This document shows positions 63,313 through 64,000 of a stretch of DNA of 64,000 bases, piece after piece (position 1 is the stretch's first letter; every line of letters begins with the position of its first letter). The position numbers and the translations under genes are program-made. The DNA is from an uncultured Burkholderiaceae bacterium (GTDB taxonomy: Bacteria > Pseudomonadota > Gammaproteobacteria > Burkholderiales > Burkholderiaceae_B), in contig CAZKBT010000008.1 in assembly GCA_964551305.1 (NCBI GenBank), positions 2,272-66,271 on the forward strand, given 5' to 3'. Under the pieces are notes generated by a model. The model had not been told where the DNA came from. It saw nothing but the letters and a program-made list of their open reading frames with translations, and did no database searches.

Positions 63313-63488
63313 GTTCGTTCAGTGTTGCCAAGAGGCGTGTTGCCGGGCTCGGTTTCTCAAATTTCCCCTGGCAAGCGACGCAAAAATCCAGACACGCCGT
63401 TAGGCACGGCATTTAAGTTTATGCAATAATTGCACGCTTGCAAGGTGCCGGAATAGCTTTTCAAAGCTATTGCCGTGTTCACCTTCTT

Positions 63489-64000
<512 letters not shown>

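Overview
The window is high-GC chromosomal DNA whose gene content and order resemble a betaproteobacterium of the Bordetella/Achromobacter (Alcaligenaceae) type. This taxonomic call is an inference from recalled protein similarities and synteny, not a search. About 57 kb is densely packed core genome. It runs: cbb3 oxidase ccoN(partial)OQP-ccoG-fixH-like, fnr, a LysR regulator, mazEF, clpB, queH-glnE, yhdP, gdhA, rho, trxA, parE-parC, an oxidoreductase pair with an orphan solute-binding protein, alaS, tusA-like, ectABCD, rpsP-rimM-trmD, valS. It continues with ndk-rlmN-rodZ-like-ispG-hisS-yfgM-bamB-der-hisC-hfq-hflXKC-hisZ-purA. I saw no rRNA, CRISPR array or intact transposase. The last ~6 kb (57.7-64.0 kb) looks accessory. 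It holds an 18-residue-repeat beta-solenoid protein, a YkgJ/DUF697 pair, and an orphan higA next to what looks like a decayed higB. It also holds a minus-strand cluster of sirtuin, an unassignable 166-aa protein, a CinA/PncC-type gene and a fully disordered protein. The window ends with a tRNA(CAT) followed by a frameshifted tyrosine integrase that runs off the edge. The best candidate for something undescribed is the NAD-centred sirtuin/unknown/PncC cluster, but my evidence is context only. Other points worth a second look: a 14-bp tandem array of small palindromes upstream of ectA, a possible small RNA between hflC and hisZ, an orphan VirB9/TrbG-like lipoprotein gene pair, loss of rplS from the trmD operon, and a 3-nt rho-gdhA junction. 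All family assignments come from motif recognition by eye and should be confirmed by search.
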